Shown: positions 19,656 to 29,639 of the stretch, piece after piece | Position numbering within the stretch: position 1 is the stretch's first letter | Layout: every line of letters starts with the position of its first letter | From: Candidatus Falkowbacteria bacterium | GTDB taxonomy: Bacteria; Patescibacteriota; Patescibacteriia; CAIXNZ01 | Length of the DNA stretch: 64,000 nucleotides | Reading direction: 5' to 3' | NCBI GenBank assembly: GCA_963774955.1 | Contig: CAVZGV010000004.1 | Span: 3,522 to 67,521 of the forward strand | The notes under the pieces: model-generated | Databases searched by the model: none | Told to the model about the DNA's origin: nothing | The model's input: the letters and a program-made list of their open reading frames with translations, nothing else | Position numbers and translations under genes: made by a program

Positions 19656-20051
19656 TTATTGAACCTGATGACCAAACTCTTCATCTTCCTTATCCTTATC
19701 AGCCTGTTTTTTGGTTTTATGAATTCTAGCGTCAATGTGGTTTGGCGGGCAGTAAACAGTCCAGACCTTCAAAGCGCCTTTGCCGGTATTGATTACATTG
19801 TGTTTAGTTCCCGGGGTAACAATCAATATATCGCCTTTAGTCGCCACTGATTCCACTCCATCCAAAACAACCTTAGCCTCGCCTTTTTGGAAAAAGAAAA
19901 TTTGTTCCACACTGTTATGCACCTCTTCTCCGATTTCACCATTTTTTTTAATACTCATAACAACCAACTGGCTTTTAGCACCGGTAAAAAGCACCTGGCG
20001 GAAAAATTTATTTTCCTTGGTTGACTTGGTAATGTTTGATTGATAGGCCAT
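19656..20051 (-). CDS. Cupin-domain protein
   Basis: 131 aa with a cupin-like G-x5-H-x-H...E...G...H pattern (GEEVHNSVEQIFFFQKGEAKV...GTKHNVINTG). Confidence 0.6.
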   Translation of the reverse strand: MAYQSNITKSTKENKFFRQVLFTGAKSQLVVMSIKKNGEIGEEVHNSVEQIFFFQKGEAKVVLDGVESVATKGDILIVTPGTKHNVINTGKGALKVWTVYCPPNHIDARIHKTKKQADKDKEDEEFGHQVQ

Positions 20052-20102
20052 ACTTTTATTTTATAAATTAATAAGCTACAGCAATTATACCATTTTGACT
20101 TT

Positions 20103-20135
20103 AAAAAGAAAACCGTCCCGCAGTACGGGACGGTT
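20103..20135 (-). terminator. Rho-independent terminator for the HD-domain gene
   Basis: On the minus strand: aaccgtcccgtactgcgggacggtt followed by ttctttttaa. Confidence 0.7.
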
Positions 20136-20140
20136 GATTA

Positions 20141-20776
20141 TCAGGAGCTTTTAACTCTTTCCCTGATCGCTTTGTCACGAATTATCTTTTTGCCGAAAAC
20201 CTGTTCCACCAGCCGCATATAGGTTCCAAACATAGCTGGCAGTTCTTCTGGAGGAACATTGGCAAACAGAGCTTTGATTATTTGGTGATTATACCATTTC
20301 TGGTTAGCATAACCGCCGGTAAAACTCTGCCAGACTTTGGCCTGACTGCAGTCCCGTCCGGTCCGGAAGCCTTCAGCCTTAACCGCATCGGCAAAGCTTT
20401 GCAAGTTATCAAGCTTGTCTGCGCATTTGATCATCTTTACTTTCAGTGGTGCAGTTGTAATGCGCTTGATCATTTCTTCTTTACGATCCTGCCACGGCAA
20501 CCCTTTGGTTTCCGTCAGCATGATCACCATTTCCAATACATTTGAGCCAAACTGCCATCTTAACAGTTCGGGGCTCAAATCAGTATCTTCAAGAATATCA
20601 TGAAAGATCCCCGCCAGAATTGTATCTTCATCTGCCCTGGATAACGCCAGGAGCATGCTAACGCCCCACAAATGGGCATTATAAGGAACATTTGCCTCCT
20701 TACGTCTCTGGCCGGCATGCCAGTTTGACGCAATAATAATGGCATCTCTAATCCTTTGTGTCCAATATCCTTGCAT
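20141..20776 (-). CDS. HD-domain hydrolase, RelA/SpoT-like (p)ppGpp hydrolase fold
   Basis: HAGQRRK...YNAHLWGV...AGIFHDILEDT motifs match the Rel/Spo HD domain. Confidence 0.65.
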   Translation of the reverse strand: MQGYWTQRIRDAIIIASNWHAGQRRKEANVPYNAHLWGVSMLLALSRADEDTILAGIFHDILEDTDLSPELLRWQFGSNVLEMVIMLTETKGLPWQDRKEEMIKRITTAPLKVKMIKCADKLDNLQSFADAVKAEGFRTGRDCSQAKVWQSFTGGYANQKWYNHQIIKALFANVPPEELPAMFGTYMRLVEQVFGKKIIRDKAIRERVKSS

Positions 20777-20903
20777 GGCTTGCCTCCCTTTTTAGTTGAT
20801 TTCTAAATATATCATTTTATTTTGCTTTTGTCAACCAAGTCGTTATATAAAAAATCACCCCGTTTTTTCGTTGCCACGAAGATAACGGGGTGATAATTGA
20901 AGC

Positions 20904-21368
20904 TTAAGTTACTTCAAAAAAAACTGATTTGCGGCCATGAGCCTTAAGATACTGTTTAATCTGGTGATGAATTAAAGCCCAGGCCAGACAGCCGACCAAG
21001 ATTATCCCGATCAGGCCGGCACCGGCGGCATTGGGACTGTTGTCCAAAAAGGCATCCAGGCTGGTGTTGAACGAAGCAGATAATCTGCACATCAGGCTGA
21101 TGAGGCCAAAGGGCAGTAAAGAAACTATGATGCCGAAGACCAGCATTTCTCCCAGATAGGCAATGATGGTAATGGGTTTTTCAAGTCCTTTGGAAAAATC
21201 AGCCCTGGATTCCTGTTGTCTGATTTTTTTTGCATTGGCCTGAAATTTCCCAGCCGTTGCTTCTGCGTCCCCCAGCGAAGTAAATTTTAAGACCTGTGCT
21301 TGCTGTTGCGCATTCAGCTTACGCTGTTTCTTGCGCAGTTTCTTATCCCGATTCTTTTTCTTGCTCAT
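20904..21368 (-). CDS. Hypothetical membrane protein with Lys-rich N-terminus
   Basis: Start MSKKKNRDKK preceded by an AGGAGGGG RBS. Two C-terminal TM segments. Confidence 0.4.
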   Translation of the reverse strand: MSKKKNRDKKLRKKQRKLNAQQQAQVLKFTSLGDAEATAGKFQANAKKIRQQESRADFSKGLEKPITIIAYLGEMLVFGIIVSLLPFGLISLMCRLSASFNTSLDAFLDNSPNAAGAGLIGIILVGCLAWALIHHQIKQYLKAHGRKSVFFEVT

Positions 21369-21489
21369 TACTCCCCTCCTTATTTTTCTTGACCTGACGA
21401 TACAAAGCAAACTTAAACTCATCTTATTATCCAAATCTATATTTGTCAAATATATTTAAAAGACGCCCCTGCTAAAGGCGCCTTTCAAT

Positions 21490-22182
21490 TTAAGCTAATA
21501 ATTTCTCTAAATATTCTTTGGCTTTTAATTGTTCTTTGAGCGGATTAAATAGCTCCAAGGAAACATATTCAGGCAAATATTTTTTAAATTGAACCAGATA
21601 ACCCAATTCATCAAGGGTGCGAAAATCATGAGGAGCGTGGGAAGTGTACGTTTCATCCGGAGCCTGCACGAGTATTCCCTGTGGTGAAAAAGCTGAGACA
21701 TGAGAACAACCAATTTTATTTTTATTAACTATTTCTTCAAATTTATCATAACCTGGGCGATTGAATAATTTCCCAACAGCCCAATGACTAAAGTCTATGC
21801 ACAAACCAAAGCATTGTGGTAAAAATTCAATAAATTCCTGATCAATCCTGCCACCATTTTCTACATAAATTTTACCGGCGTGTTTTTTATTTTCAGCCAA
21901 TAATTTCAGGAATTCTGGTTTAGCGTGAATATTAAATAATCCTGTCTTATAATTATCAACCAACCAATCCAACTCCCAGGGCTGCATATCATCGCGCAGA
22001 TGAACATGAGTAATTTTTTGCAGCTTGGTCTGGATAAGAAGCTTATATAATCTTTCTCTATCCTGGCCGGAAATTGCCGTCAAAAATAAAGCTATTTCTT
22101 TAATACCAAGATCATCTAGCTGACGAATACGAGCTGGCCAATCTGGAGTTAAATATGTTGTGATGCTTGGAAGTATTTTCAT
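21490..22182 (-). CDS. Hypothetical protein (possible TIM-barrel sugar-phosphate isomerase/epimerase-like)
   Basis: 230-aa intact ORF. No diagnostic motif recognised. Confidence 0.35.
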   Translation of the reverse strand: MKILPSITTYLTPDWPARIRQLDDLGIKEIALFLTAISGQDRERLYKLLIQTKLQKITHVHLRDDMQPWELDWLVDNYKTGLFNIHAKPEFLKLLAENKKHAGKIYVENGGRIDQEFIEFLPQCFGLCIDFSHWAVGKLFNRPGYDKFEEIVNKNKIGCSHVSAFSPQGILVQAPDETYTSHAPHDFRTLDELGYLVQFKKYLPEYVSLELFNPLKEQLKAKEYLEKLLA

Positions 22183-22278
22183 TTTTATGCAATAGTCGCT
22201 CTAATATTTACACAAAATTTGCAAAATGGAAACGTGCAAAAGCGCTTCGCAGAGCGGAGCGCTTTTTTATAAACAATC

Positions 22279-22515
22279 TTATTCTTTTTCGACATGTAAC
22301 CCTCCAAATCCTGCCTTCTTTGTTGAAACTTTCATAATTTCTTCATTGCCAATTGAAATTTCAATCTCTCCCTTATCATATTCAAGGCCATTTCTTTTCA
22401 TGGCCTCTTCTCGTTTTTCAATGTCATCATTTACAAAAATGGTTGCAAAATCTTCTCTGGACAAATTTACTCTTTTACCCTCTTTTTGCTCAGACCCTAA
22501 AATTTCTCGATTCAT
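22279..22515 (-). CDS. Hypothetical small protein
   Basis: 78-aa ORF. Confidence 0.3.
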   Translation of the reverse strand: MNREILGSEQKEGKRVNLSREDFATIFVNDDIEKREEAMKRNGLEYDKGEIEISIGNEEIMKVSTKKAGFGGLHVEKE

Positions 22516-22534
22516 AAATTTTTAGGTTAATTAA

Positions 22535-24524
22535 TTATAGTAACAATCCTACGATTAGTAATGCCACAATATTTAGAATTTTAATCATAGGGTTAATCGC
22601 CGGACCAGCAGTATCTTTATAAGGATCGCCAACTGTATCACCGGTCACAGCAGCCTGATGAGCAAAAGAACCTTTGCCACCGTAATTACCTTCTTCAATA
22701 TATTTCTTGGCATTGTCCCAAGCACCACCGCCGGAAGTCATTGAAATAGCAACGAATAAACCAGTAATGATTGAACCAACCAATAAACCGCCTAAAGCGT
22801 AAACACCCAAAGTAAAACCAACAATAATTGGAACTAAAACCGGAATCAAAGCCGGAATAATCATTTCTTTAATTGCCACTTTGGTTACAATATCAACTGT
22901 TTTGCCATAATCAGGTTTTTCAGTACCCTGCATAATGCCAGGCTTTTCTTTAAACTGTCGTCTGAACTTCTTCCACTACTGAACCAGCAGCCTTACCCAC
23001 TGCTTGCATGGCCATGGCGCCAAAATAATATGGTAATAAACCACCAATAAATAAACCGACTAAAACTCTGGGATCATTAATGGCAAAAACATATCCGGTG
23101 CCTAAAGCATGAGTAAAATCAGCAAATAAAACTAAAGCGGCTAAAGCGGCTGAGGCAATGGCATAACCTTTGGTTACTGCTTTGGTAGTATTACCAACAG
23201 CATCCAAAGGATCAGTAATATCTCGAACTTCCTTAGGCATATCCGCCATTTCCGCAATGCCACCGGCATTATCAGTAATTGGGCCGTAGGAATCAATGGT
23301 TACAATAATACCTGCCATTGAAAGCATGGACATAGCAGCAATAGCAATACCATAAATATCAGCTAACCAGTAAGCAGCTAAAATTGCCGCACAAATAACA
23401 ATAATCGGCCAAGCAGTTGATTTCATGGAAACGGCCAAACCGGCAATAATATTGGTGCCATGACCTGTTTGAGAAGCAGCAGCAATATCTTTAACCGGTT
23501 TATATTGTTTAGCAGTATAATATTCAGTAATTATAACCATGGCCGCCGGTGACAACCAAACCGATTAAAGAGGCTAAATATAAATTTAATGACATTAAAT
23601 TGATCGTTAGTGCCCATTAACCAAATAGTTACAGGATAAAAAGCAATAGCAGCTACAATGCCAGAAGCAATTAAACCTTTATATAAAGCAGCCATAATAT
23701 TTTTCTTAGCACCTAAACGGATAAAAAAGCTGCCAATGATGGAAGCAATAATAGAAACACCGCCCAAAACCAAAGGATATATAATGGCATTTTCCCAACC
23801 ACCAAATAATAATGAGCCTAAAAGCATGGTCGCAACAGCTGTCACAGCATAAGTTTCAAATAAATCAGCAGCCATACCAGCGCAATCACCGACATTATCA
23901 CCGACATTATCAGCAATTACTGCAGGATTGCGAGGATCATCTTCAGGAATACCAGCTTCAACTTTACCGACTAAATCAGCACCTACATCAGCGGCTTTAG
24001 TAAAAATACCACCGCCTAAACGGGCAAAAATTGAAATTAATGATCCGCCAAAACCTAAACCGATCAAAGCCTGAACATCTTTAAAAATTAACCAAAATAA
24101 TGAAACACCCAGTAAAGCCAAACCAACAACTAAAAATCCGGTCACTGAACCGCCTTTAACAGCTACGTCTAAAGCTGCTTTTAAGCCGCTTTTAGCTGCC
24201 TCGGCTGTCCGGACATTAGCACGAACAGAAACATTCATACCGATATAACCGGTAGCCGCAGATAAAATCGCGCCGACTAAAAAGCCCAGCCCGGTTTTCC
24301 AGTTTAATACCGACCGTTATTAAAACAAATAAAACAACCGCCACAATAGCAATTGTTTTATACTGACGATTTAAATAAGCGCTGGCACCTTCCTGAATGG
24401 CTTTGGCAATAGCCTGCATTTTCTCATTGCCGGCCGGCATTTTTAAAACAATTTTTATCAGGATTAACCCATAAATTACAGCCAATAAGGCTGCAATTAA
24501 AGCAAAAATAAGTCCCGTAGGCAT
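22535..24524 (-). pseudogene. hppA: Membrane-bound proton-translocating pyrophosphatase (H+-PPase), split by at least 3 frameshifts
   Basis: Four collinear minus-strand ORFs. N-terminal IAKAIQEGASAYLNRQY, middle [16 protein letters not shown]...[24 protein letters not shown]-terminal [21 protein letters not shown] are hallmark H+-PPase motifs. Confidence 0.75.
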
Positions 24525-25070
24525 AAAATTAAAATTAGTAATAAGTAATTAGTAGCAGGAAATAAGGATTATGGAATTTAAATTTATCCTTATTGCCTAT
24601 TACCTATTACCTATTTCGCCTGCCTGCCGGCAGGCAGGTAAAACAAAAAAAGCTGACAACTGCCAATTTCCTATCACTTATCATTTTATCTATTTGGCCC
24701 AAAAGTGTCAACTTTATTTTTAGTAATAATTGTTTATAAACCGGACTAAAAATACAGATATTTTTTATTTAATGTGAGCCAAAAACACCGAATTTCCTTT
24801 GACTCGAATCCTAAATTTTGCTATTATATATCATATAATTCATTTTGCTTTTCAAGGTGTTTTTGTTTTCTAAACTCGATAATATTTGGCTAAAATAAGC
24901 CTTAAAATACCTGGCAATTTGAAAAAAGGATTAAATATATTAGTCAGTCAATTAAAAGCTTTATTATCAGGTTACTGATTATTAGCTTCAAAGGCTTTAG
25001 CAATTTAATAAAGTCCTTTTTTTATTTACTTTTAAAGGGCCTGAAATATCCGATAAAAGCCTGCGTTATC

Positions 25071-26273
25071 TTGTTTCGCTTTATTTTTATTCTGCTCTAT
25101 AAGCTTTTTTATAGGTTTAGAAAATATAAACGCCTAATTTTTCCTACAGAAAAAATTAGGCCTGTCTATATTTTTATAAACCGTTATATTGCTCAAATCG
25201 TCATAGTTACCCTGGTTATCTTAATAAGCTTTGGCAATCTTTTTACCAGCGAAACCAAGGCGGAAAACTTTGGGGATCAAAGTTTATTATTTACCTTAGC
25301 CAGTGGCAGTGAATATGCTGGCTCATATATCGAAGAAGGCTTAATTTCGGCAGAGCCACAAATTAATAGTTATTTATCTAGCGAACAGGCAACTGTTTCT
25401 CCTGATAATGCGGTTCAGCCCGAAGAAAATAATTCATTAGCTTTTACCAGTGATAGCAGTGCTTTAGTTAAGCCTGAGATTCCATCACTAGAAGCAGTGA
25501 TGCCGACTCGGACTAATATTGTCGAGTATACAGTTAAAGCCGGTGATACTATTGGTACGATCGCCCAAAAATTCGGTCTTGGCCAAAATACGCTTTTATG
25601 GGAAAACAACTTAACAGCCAGAAGTTATATCCAACCGGGACAAATATTGAAAATTTTGCCGACAAACGGAATTTCTTATGCTGTTGTAAAGGGAGATAAC
25701 CTCGGAAAAATTGCCCAGAAATTCAATTCTGAAACAGGAAAAATCATTGCTTATAATCGGCTCAGCGATGAATCAGATATTCAAATTGGTCAAATTCTGA
25801 TTATTCCCGAAGGTAAACCTTATGCGCCACCACCGGTGGTCACCCCCAAACTAGCTTCAATTAAACAAATATTTAATCAGCCAGTATCTGCAGAACCTGA
25901 TGATCCTGGTACTGGTAAAATGTATTGGCCAAATGGCTGTTATACTCTTACCCAATATTTTAACTGGCGGCATGTCGGTTTGGATATCGCTTGTCCCAAG
26001 GGGACACCTATACGAGCAGCTGAAGACGGCGTGGTTTATAAAGTTGCCTATCTTAATACAGGCTATGGACATCATGTTTTTATAGATCATGGTAATGGTA
26101 AAACCACCAGATATGGTCACATGACAACTATTTTTGTCAAAGAAGGTGAAACAGTCAAACGAGGCCAAGAAATTGGACTCGAAGGCTCGACTGGCATGTC
26201 TACCGGCCCGCATTTGCATTTTGAAGTTAGAATTAATAACAAACCCTACAATCCATTAAACTATCTAAGGTAA
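25071..26273 (+). CDS. LysM-domain / M23 family metallopeptidase (cell-wall hydrolase)
   Basis: N-terminal TM. Two LysM repeats (YTVKAGDTIGTIAQKFG, YAVVKGDNLGKIAQKFN). C-terminal M23 motifs HVGLDIA...GYGHHVFIDHGNG...GSTGMSTGPHLHFEV. Confidence 0.85.
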   Translation: MFRFIFILLYKLFYRFRKYKRLIFPTEKIRPVYIFINRYIAQIVIVTLVILISFGNLFTSETKAENFGDQSLLFTLASGSEYAGSYIEEGLISAEPQINSYLSSEQATVSPDNAVQPEENNSLAFTSDSSALVKPEIPSLEAVMPTRTNIVEYTVKAGDTIGTIAQKFGLGQNTLLWENNLTARSYIQPGQILKILPTNGISYAVVKGDNLGKIAQKFNSETGKIIAYNRLSDESDIQIGQILIIPEGKPYAPPPVVTPKLASIKQIFNQPVSAEPDDPGTGKMYWPNGCYTLTQYFNWRHVGLDIACPKGTPIRAAEDGVVYKVAYLNTGYGHHVFIDHGNGKTTRYGHMTTIFVKEGETVKRGQEIGLEGSTGMSTGPHLHFEVRINNKPYNPLNYLR

Positions 26274-26278
26274 AAAAA

Positions 26279-26310
26279 ATTCCCCCAATTACGGGGGAAT
26301 TTTTTATTTG
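26279..26310 (+). terminator. Rho-independent terminator, probably bidirectional
   Basis: attcccccaattacgggggaat flanked by A-run and T-run. Confidence 0.8.
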
Positions 26311-26317
26311 TCTGTAT

Positions 26318-26860
26318 TTAATATTTTTCTTTATATTCTGCAAATGATCTGACGCTGAGTTGCTCCTGACGTGTTTGCTGATTAAAAAGCCCGGTAAATC
26401 TGGAGTTGAATATTTGTCTTAAAAATAGAAGGTCGTCAGTGCCAAGAAAATTATCAAAATTTTTAGTCTTAATTTCTTCAGCTAACACTTCTAATTTTTT
26501 AATCAAGGCCTGTTTGTGGTCTAATTCCATAATTACATTTTCAGCCAAATCCAATTCTCTGGCCAATGCCATCTTAATGTTAGAAACAATATTATTTTTC
26601 TCTTTGGCTATATCTTCTGGTTTAACTTCTGCCCATAACTGATTTTTTTGTTCCTCGGGTAGAAAAAAATAATCAATATTATCCAAAGCCGGGGCAAAAA
26701 TATTAATATCAATTTCTCTTTGTTTTGATGATTTTTCTAATCTGGATAATTCCTGTTTTTCCTCATCAGACAAGGGGACTAAATTTTGTTTTTCAAACCT
26801 TTGTGACTTCTCAAACTTATCTACCTCAGAAGGTAGAAAATCTTCAATTTGCTCAAACAT
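26318..26860 (-). CDS. Hypothetical protein
   Basis: 180-aa ORF. Confidence 0.4.
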   Translation of the reverse strand: MFEQIEDFLPSEVDKFEKSQRFEKQNLVPLSDEEKQELSRLEKSSKQREIDINIFAPALDNIDYFFLPEEQKNQLWAEVKPEDIAKEKNNIVSNIKMALARELDLAENVIMELDHKQALIKKLEVLAEEIKTKNFDNFLGTDDLLFLRQIFNSRFTGLFNQQTRQEQLSVRSFAEYKEKY

Positions 26861-26877
26861 AATTACAAAATTAAAAA

Positions 26878-28392
26878 TTAGCGATTTAACCTATATTGTA
26901 AAGCCTCAGCCAAATGATTTATTTTAATCTTAGCACTTTGGTCCAGATCCGCAATGGTTCTGGCTAATTTCAAGATGCGGTGATAGGCCCGGCCCGAAAG
27001 ATGAAACTGATTAACCGCGGACTTTAAAAGCTCACTGCTTTCAGTATCTATCTGACAAAACTCTTTAATTTCCTGCGGTCTCATTTCACCATTATATAAA
27101 ATCTGCAAATCTTTAAACCGTTGTTGCTGCATTGTTCTGGCAGCCTCAACCCGTTCGCGTATGGACACGGAATTTTCCGCGACTTTAGCCGTGGTTAATT
27201 GTTCATACTTTAAGCGTGGTACTTCAATTTGCATATCAATGCGGTCAATAATCGGCCCGGAAATTTTTTGCTGGTATTTAATAATCTGGCCCGGCGAACA
27301 GGTGCATTGCCTGTCAGGATCATTATTAAAACCGCAAGGACAAGGATTTTGGGCGGCCATTAAAATAAATCTGGCCGGATAAGTCAGGGTTCCCATAACT
27401 CTGGAAATATTAATTATCCCGTCTTCCAGTGGCTGGCGCAGATTTTCCATGACCTGGCGCGGAAACTCGGGAAATTCATCCAAAAATAAAACCCCGCGAT
27501 GAGCCAGGCTGATTTCACCCGGCTTAGGTATACGACCTCCGCCGATTAAGGAAATAGCCGAAGCAGAATGATGAGGCGAACGAAACGGCCTTTGGGTAAT
27601 TAACGGATAATTATGGGGCAAGAGCCCGGCTACGCTATAAATTTTAGTTACCTCCAAAATTTCTTCATATAAAAGTTTAGGTAAAATTGAGGACATAGCT
27701 TTGGCCAATAAAGTCTTGCCCGAACCAGGCGGGCCAGACATAAGCACATTGTGTCCGCCTGAAGCCGCGATTTCCAAAGCGCGCTTAGCCAGCTCTTGTC
27801 CGGCAATATAAGCCATATCAACTTCAAAATCCTGTTCCTTATAATCAAAATCGCCTGTCTTTTGGTAGGGTTCGATCAGATTTTTCCCTGTAAGATGCTC
27901 AAATATTTCCCTTAAATTCCGAACCGGATAAATTTCCACGCCGTCAATCAAACTGGCTTCCTGAGCATTTATCCACGGCAGATAAACTTTTTTTAGCCCC
28001 TGTTCTTTGGCAAAAATTACGGCCGGTAAAATACCGTTAGTATGGCGCAGATTACCTTCTAAGGAAAGTTCCCCTATAAACAAACTGTCTTCAAGCTTTA
28101 GTCTTAATTCCAGAGTATCCAAAATAATACCCAAAGCCATGGCCAGGTCATAAGCCGGACCCTCTTTTTTCAAATCAGCCGGCGCCAGATTAACAACAAT
28201 TTTTCTGGAATACGGATAATCAAAGTTACAATTTTTAATGGCCAGCTTGACCCTCAGTCTGGCTTCCTGAATAGCCGTGTCTCCCAAACCCACAATATGA
28301 AATTTCGGTTCTCCGTTGCCAACATCAACCTCGGCCTCCACCAGCTGGGGCTTAAGTCCGATGACTGCGACTGAATTAAGTTTGGTTAGCAT
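26878..28392 (-). CDS. comM: YifB/ComM-family Mg-chelatase-like AAA+ ATPase
   Basis: Lon-like N domain. Walker A GPPGSGKT, Walker B FLDEFPEF. C-terminal ChlI-like region. About 504 aa, typical for the family. Confidence 0.9.
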   Translation of the reverse strand: MLTKLNSVAVIGLKPQLVEAEVDVGNGEPKFHIVGLGDTAIQEARLRVKLAIKNCNFDYPYSRKIVVNLAPADLKKEGPAYDLAMALGIILDTLELRLKLEDSLFIGELSLEGNLRHTNGILPAVIFAKEQGLKKVYLPWINAQEASLIDGVEIYPVRNLREIFEHLTGKNLIEPYQKTGDFDYKEQDFEVDMAYIAGQELAKRALEIAASGGHNVLMSGPPGSGKTLLAKAMSSILPKLLYEEILEVTKIYSVAGLLPHNYPLITQRPFRSPHHSASAISLIGGGRIPKPGEISLAHRGVLFLDEFPEFPRQVMENLRQPLEDGIINISRVMGTLTYPARFILMAAQNPCPCGFNNDPDRQCTCSPGQIIKYQQKISGPIIDRIDMQIEVPRLKYEQLTTAKVAENSVSIRERVEAARTMQQQRFKDLQILYNGEMRPQEIKEFCQIDTESSELLKSAVNQFHLSGRAYHRILKLARTIADLDQSAKIKINHLAEALQYRLNR

Positions 28393-28393
28393 C

Positions 28394-29470
28394 TTAATAT
28401 CTTAATAGTCTTTTTTTCTTTTGGCCAATTACTAAGCCTTCCCCAAGGTTCAATGCCCTGGATATCATAAAAAAAATATTTTCATTGGTGTTTATTGATT
28501 CAATCTTAATGTCCGGATGGTAATTTTGCCATACCCGGAAAATTTCATCGGCAAACGCCTGTCCGACTGTTTTAACTTTTGCAAAATCTAAAATAATAAT
28601 TTTAAATTTGTCTAAACCAGTCAGAATGCGCCTGGCCTGCGAACGTGACAAATATATTTCTCCCATTTTATATAATTTTACGGCAACTTTAGTTCTGTCA
28701 AATTCAAAAGATTCGCCTGAAAATCGGTTAAAAATTTGCCTAAGCGATTTTTTAGATTTTAGTAAAATGGAAAAAAATATCCTCGTTCCCGCCTTGGGTC
28801 TGATATCATGGATGAAAAAATCATCCACTAAATTATTAAAAAATAATTTTTTATCCGATCCTTCAATCGCTAGATTGTCGGCTGCCTTAGAAGTAAAAAA
28901 AATCCCCTCGCCTGAATGTCTTTCGGGATTGGTTGTCTGTTTGCCTTTTAATAAATCCTGAATTGCTTCCAGCGCGTTTTTTAGCTTCCTTTTTCTCATA
29001 ATATTATTAAAAATACCCACCCCATAATCTAAAACTTCAAAGCTCAAAATGTCCGCAGATCTACTCATTTTAATTTTTATTATTTTTGACTGCGAATGTT
29101 CAATGGCATTATTAAGCATTTCAGTAAACGCGTAACTTACGATATTATTGATATTTTCAGGCAAGTTGAAAAAGATGCCGCTTTCTTTCTTAATCTGATC
29201 CAAAATAACGTCTTCTGCCAAATTAATATTTTTTAGAGTCCTATTTACGCTTAATAATACACCCTTGGCCCTTATAACATCGACTTTATCCGCTAACACG
29301 TAGAATGATTGCCGAGCCTTGCCAATTAAGACAATTTTACCCTCATTGCGCAATTCTTGTAAAAATCTGTTGATATATGCACGACTAAACCTAGTCACCT
29401 TAATCACATCAGCAACCTTTACCTGGTTTTTTTCTTTAATTGTATCTAATATTAGCGCTTTAATATCCAT
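28394..29470 (-). CDS. HTH-domain plus GHKL/HATPase-like domain regulator (anti-sigma-factor-kinase-like)
   Basis: N-terminal winged-HTH-like segment. NAIEHSQ...LDYGVGIF resembles an ATP-binding Bergerat-fold N/G boxes. Confidence 0.45.
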   Translation of the reverse strand: MDIKALILDTIKEKNQVKVADVIKVTRFSRAYINRFLQELRNEGKIVLIGKARQSFYVLADKVDVIRAKGVLLSVNRTLKNINLAEDVILDQIKKESGIFFNLPENINNIVSYAFTEMLNNAIEHSQSKIIKIKMSRSADILSFEVLDYGVGIFNNIMRKRKLKNALEAIQDLLKGKQTTNPERHSGEGIFFTSKAADNLAIEGSDKKLFFNNLVDDFFIHDIRPKAGTRIFFSILLKSKKSLRQIFNRFSGESFEFDRTKVAVKLYKMGEIYLSRSQARRILTGLDKFKIIILDFAKVKTVGQAFADEIFRVWQNYHPDIKIESINTNENIFFMISRALNLGEGLVIGQKKKRLLRY

Positions 29471-29478
29471 ATGTTTAG

Positions 29479-29533
29479 TTTACGATTAGTTGACGATTAG
29501 TTGACGATTAGTTGACGATTAGTTGACGATTTC
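29479..29533. repeat. Five tandem copies of the 11-mer TTGACGATTAG immediately upstream of the regulator gene start
   Basis: tttacgattag ttgacgattag x3 ttgacgatttc, followed by an inverted partial copy atcgtcaac at about 29555. Confidence 0.8.
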
Positions 29534-29639
29534 ATTATATCATATATTATAAATATCGTCAACCCAGCCTTTAAAAATAAAACCTGCCATTCGAAAACAG
29601 CAGGTTTTGAGCGAAACAATGCTCTGCTCGTCAATTCAG

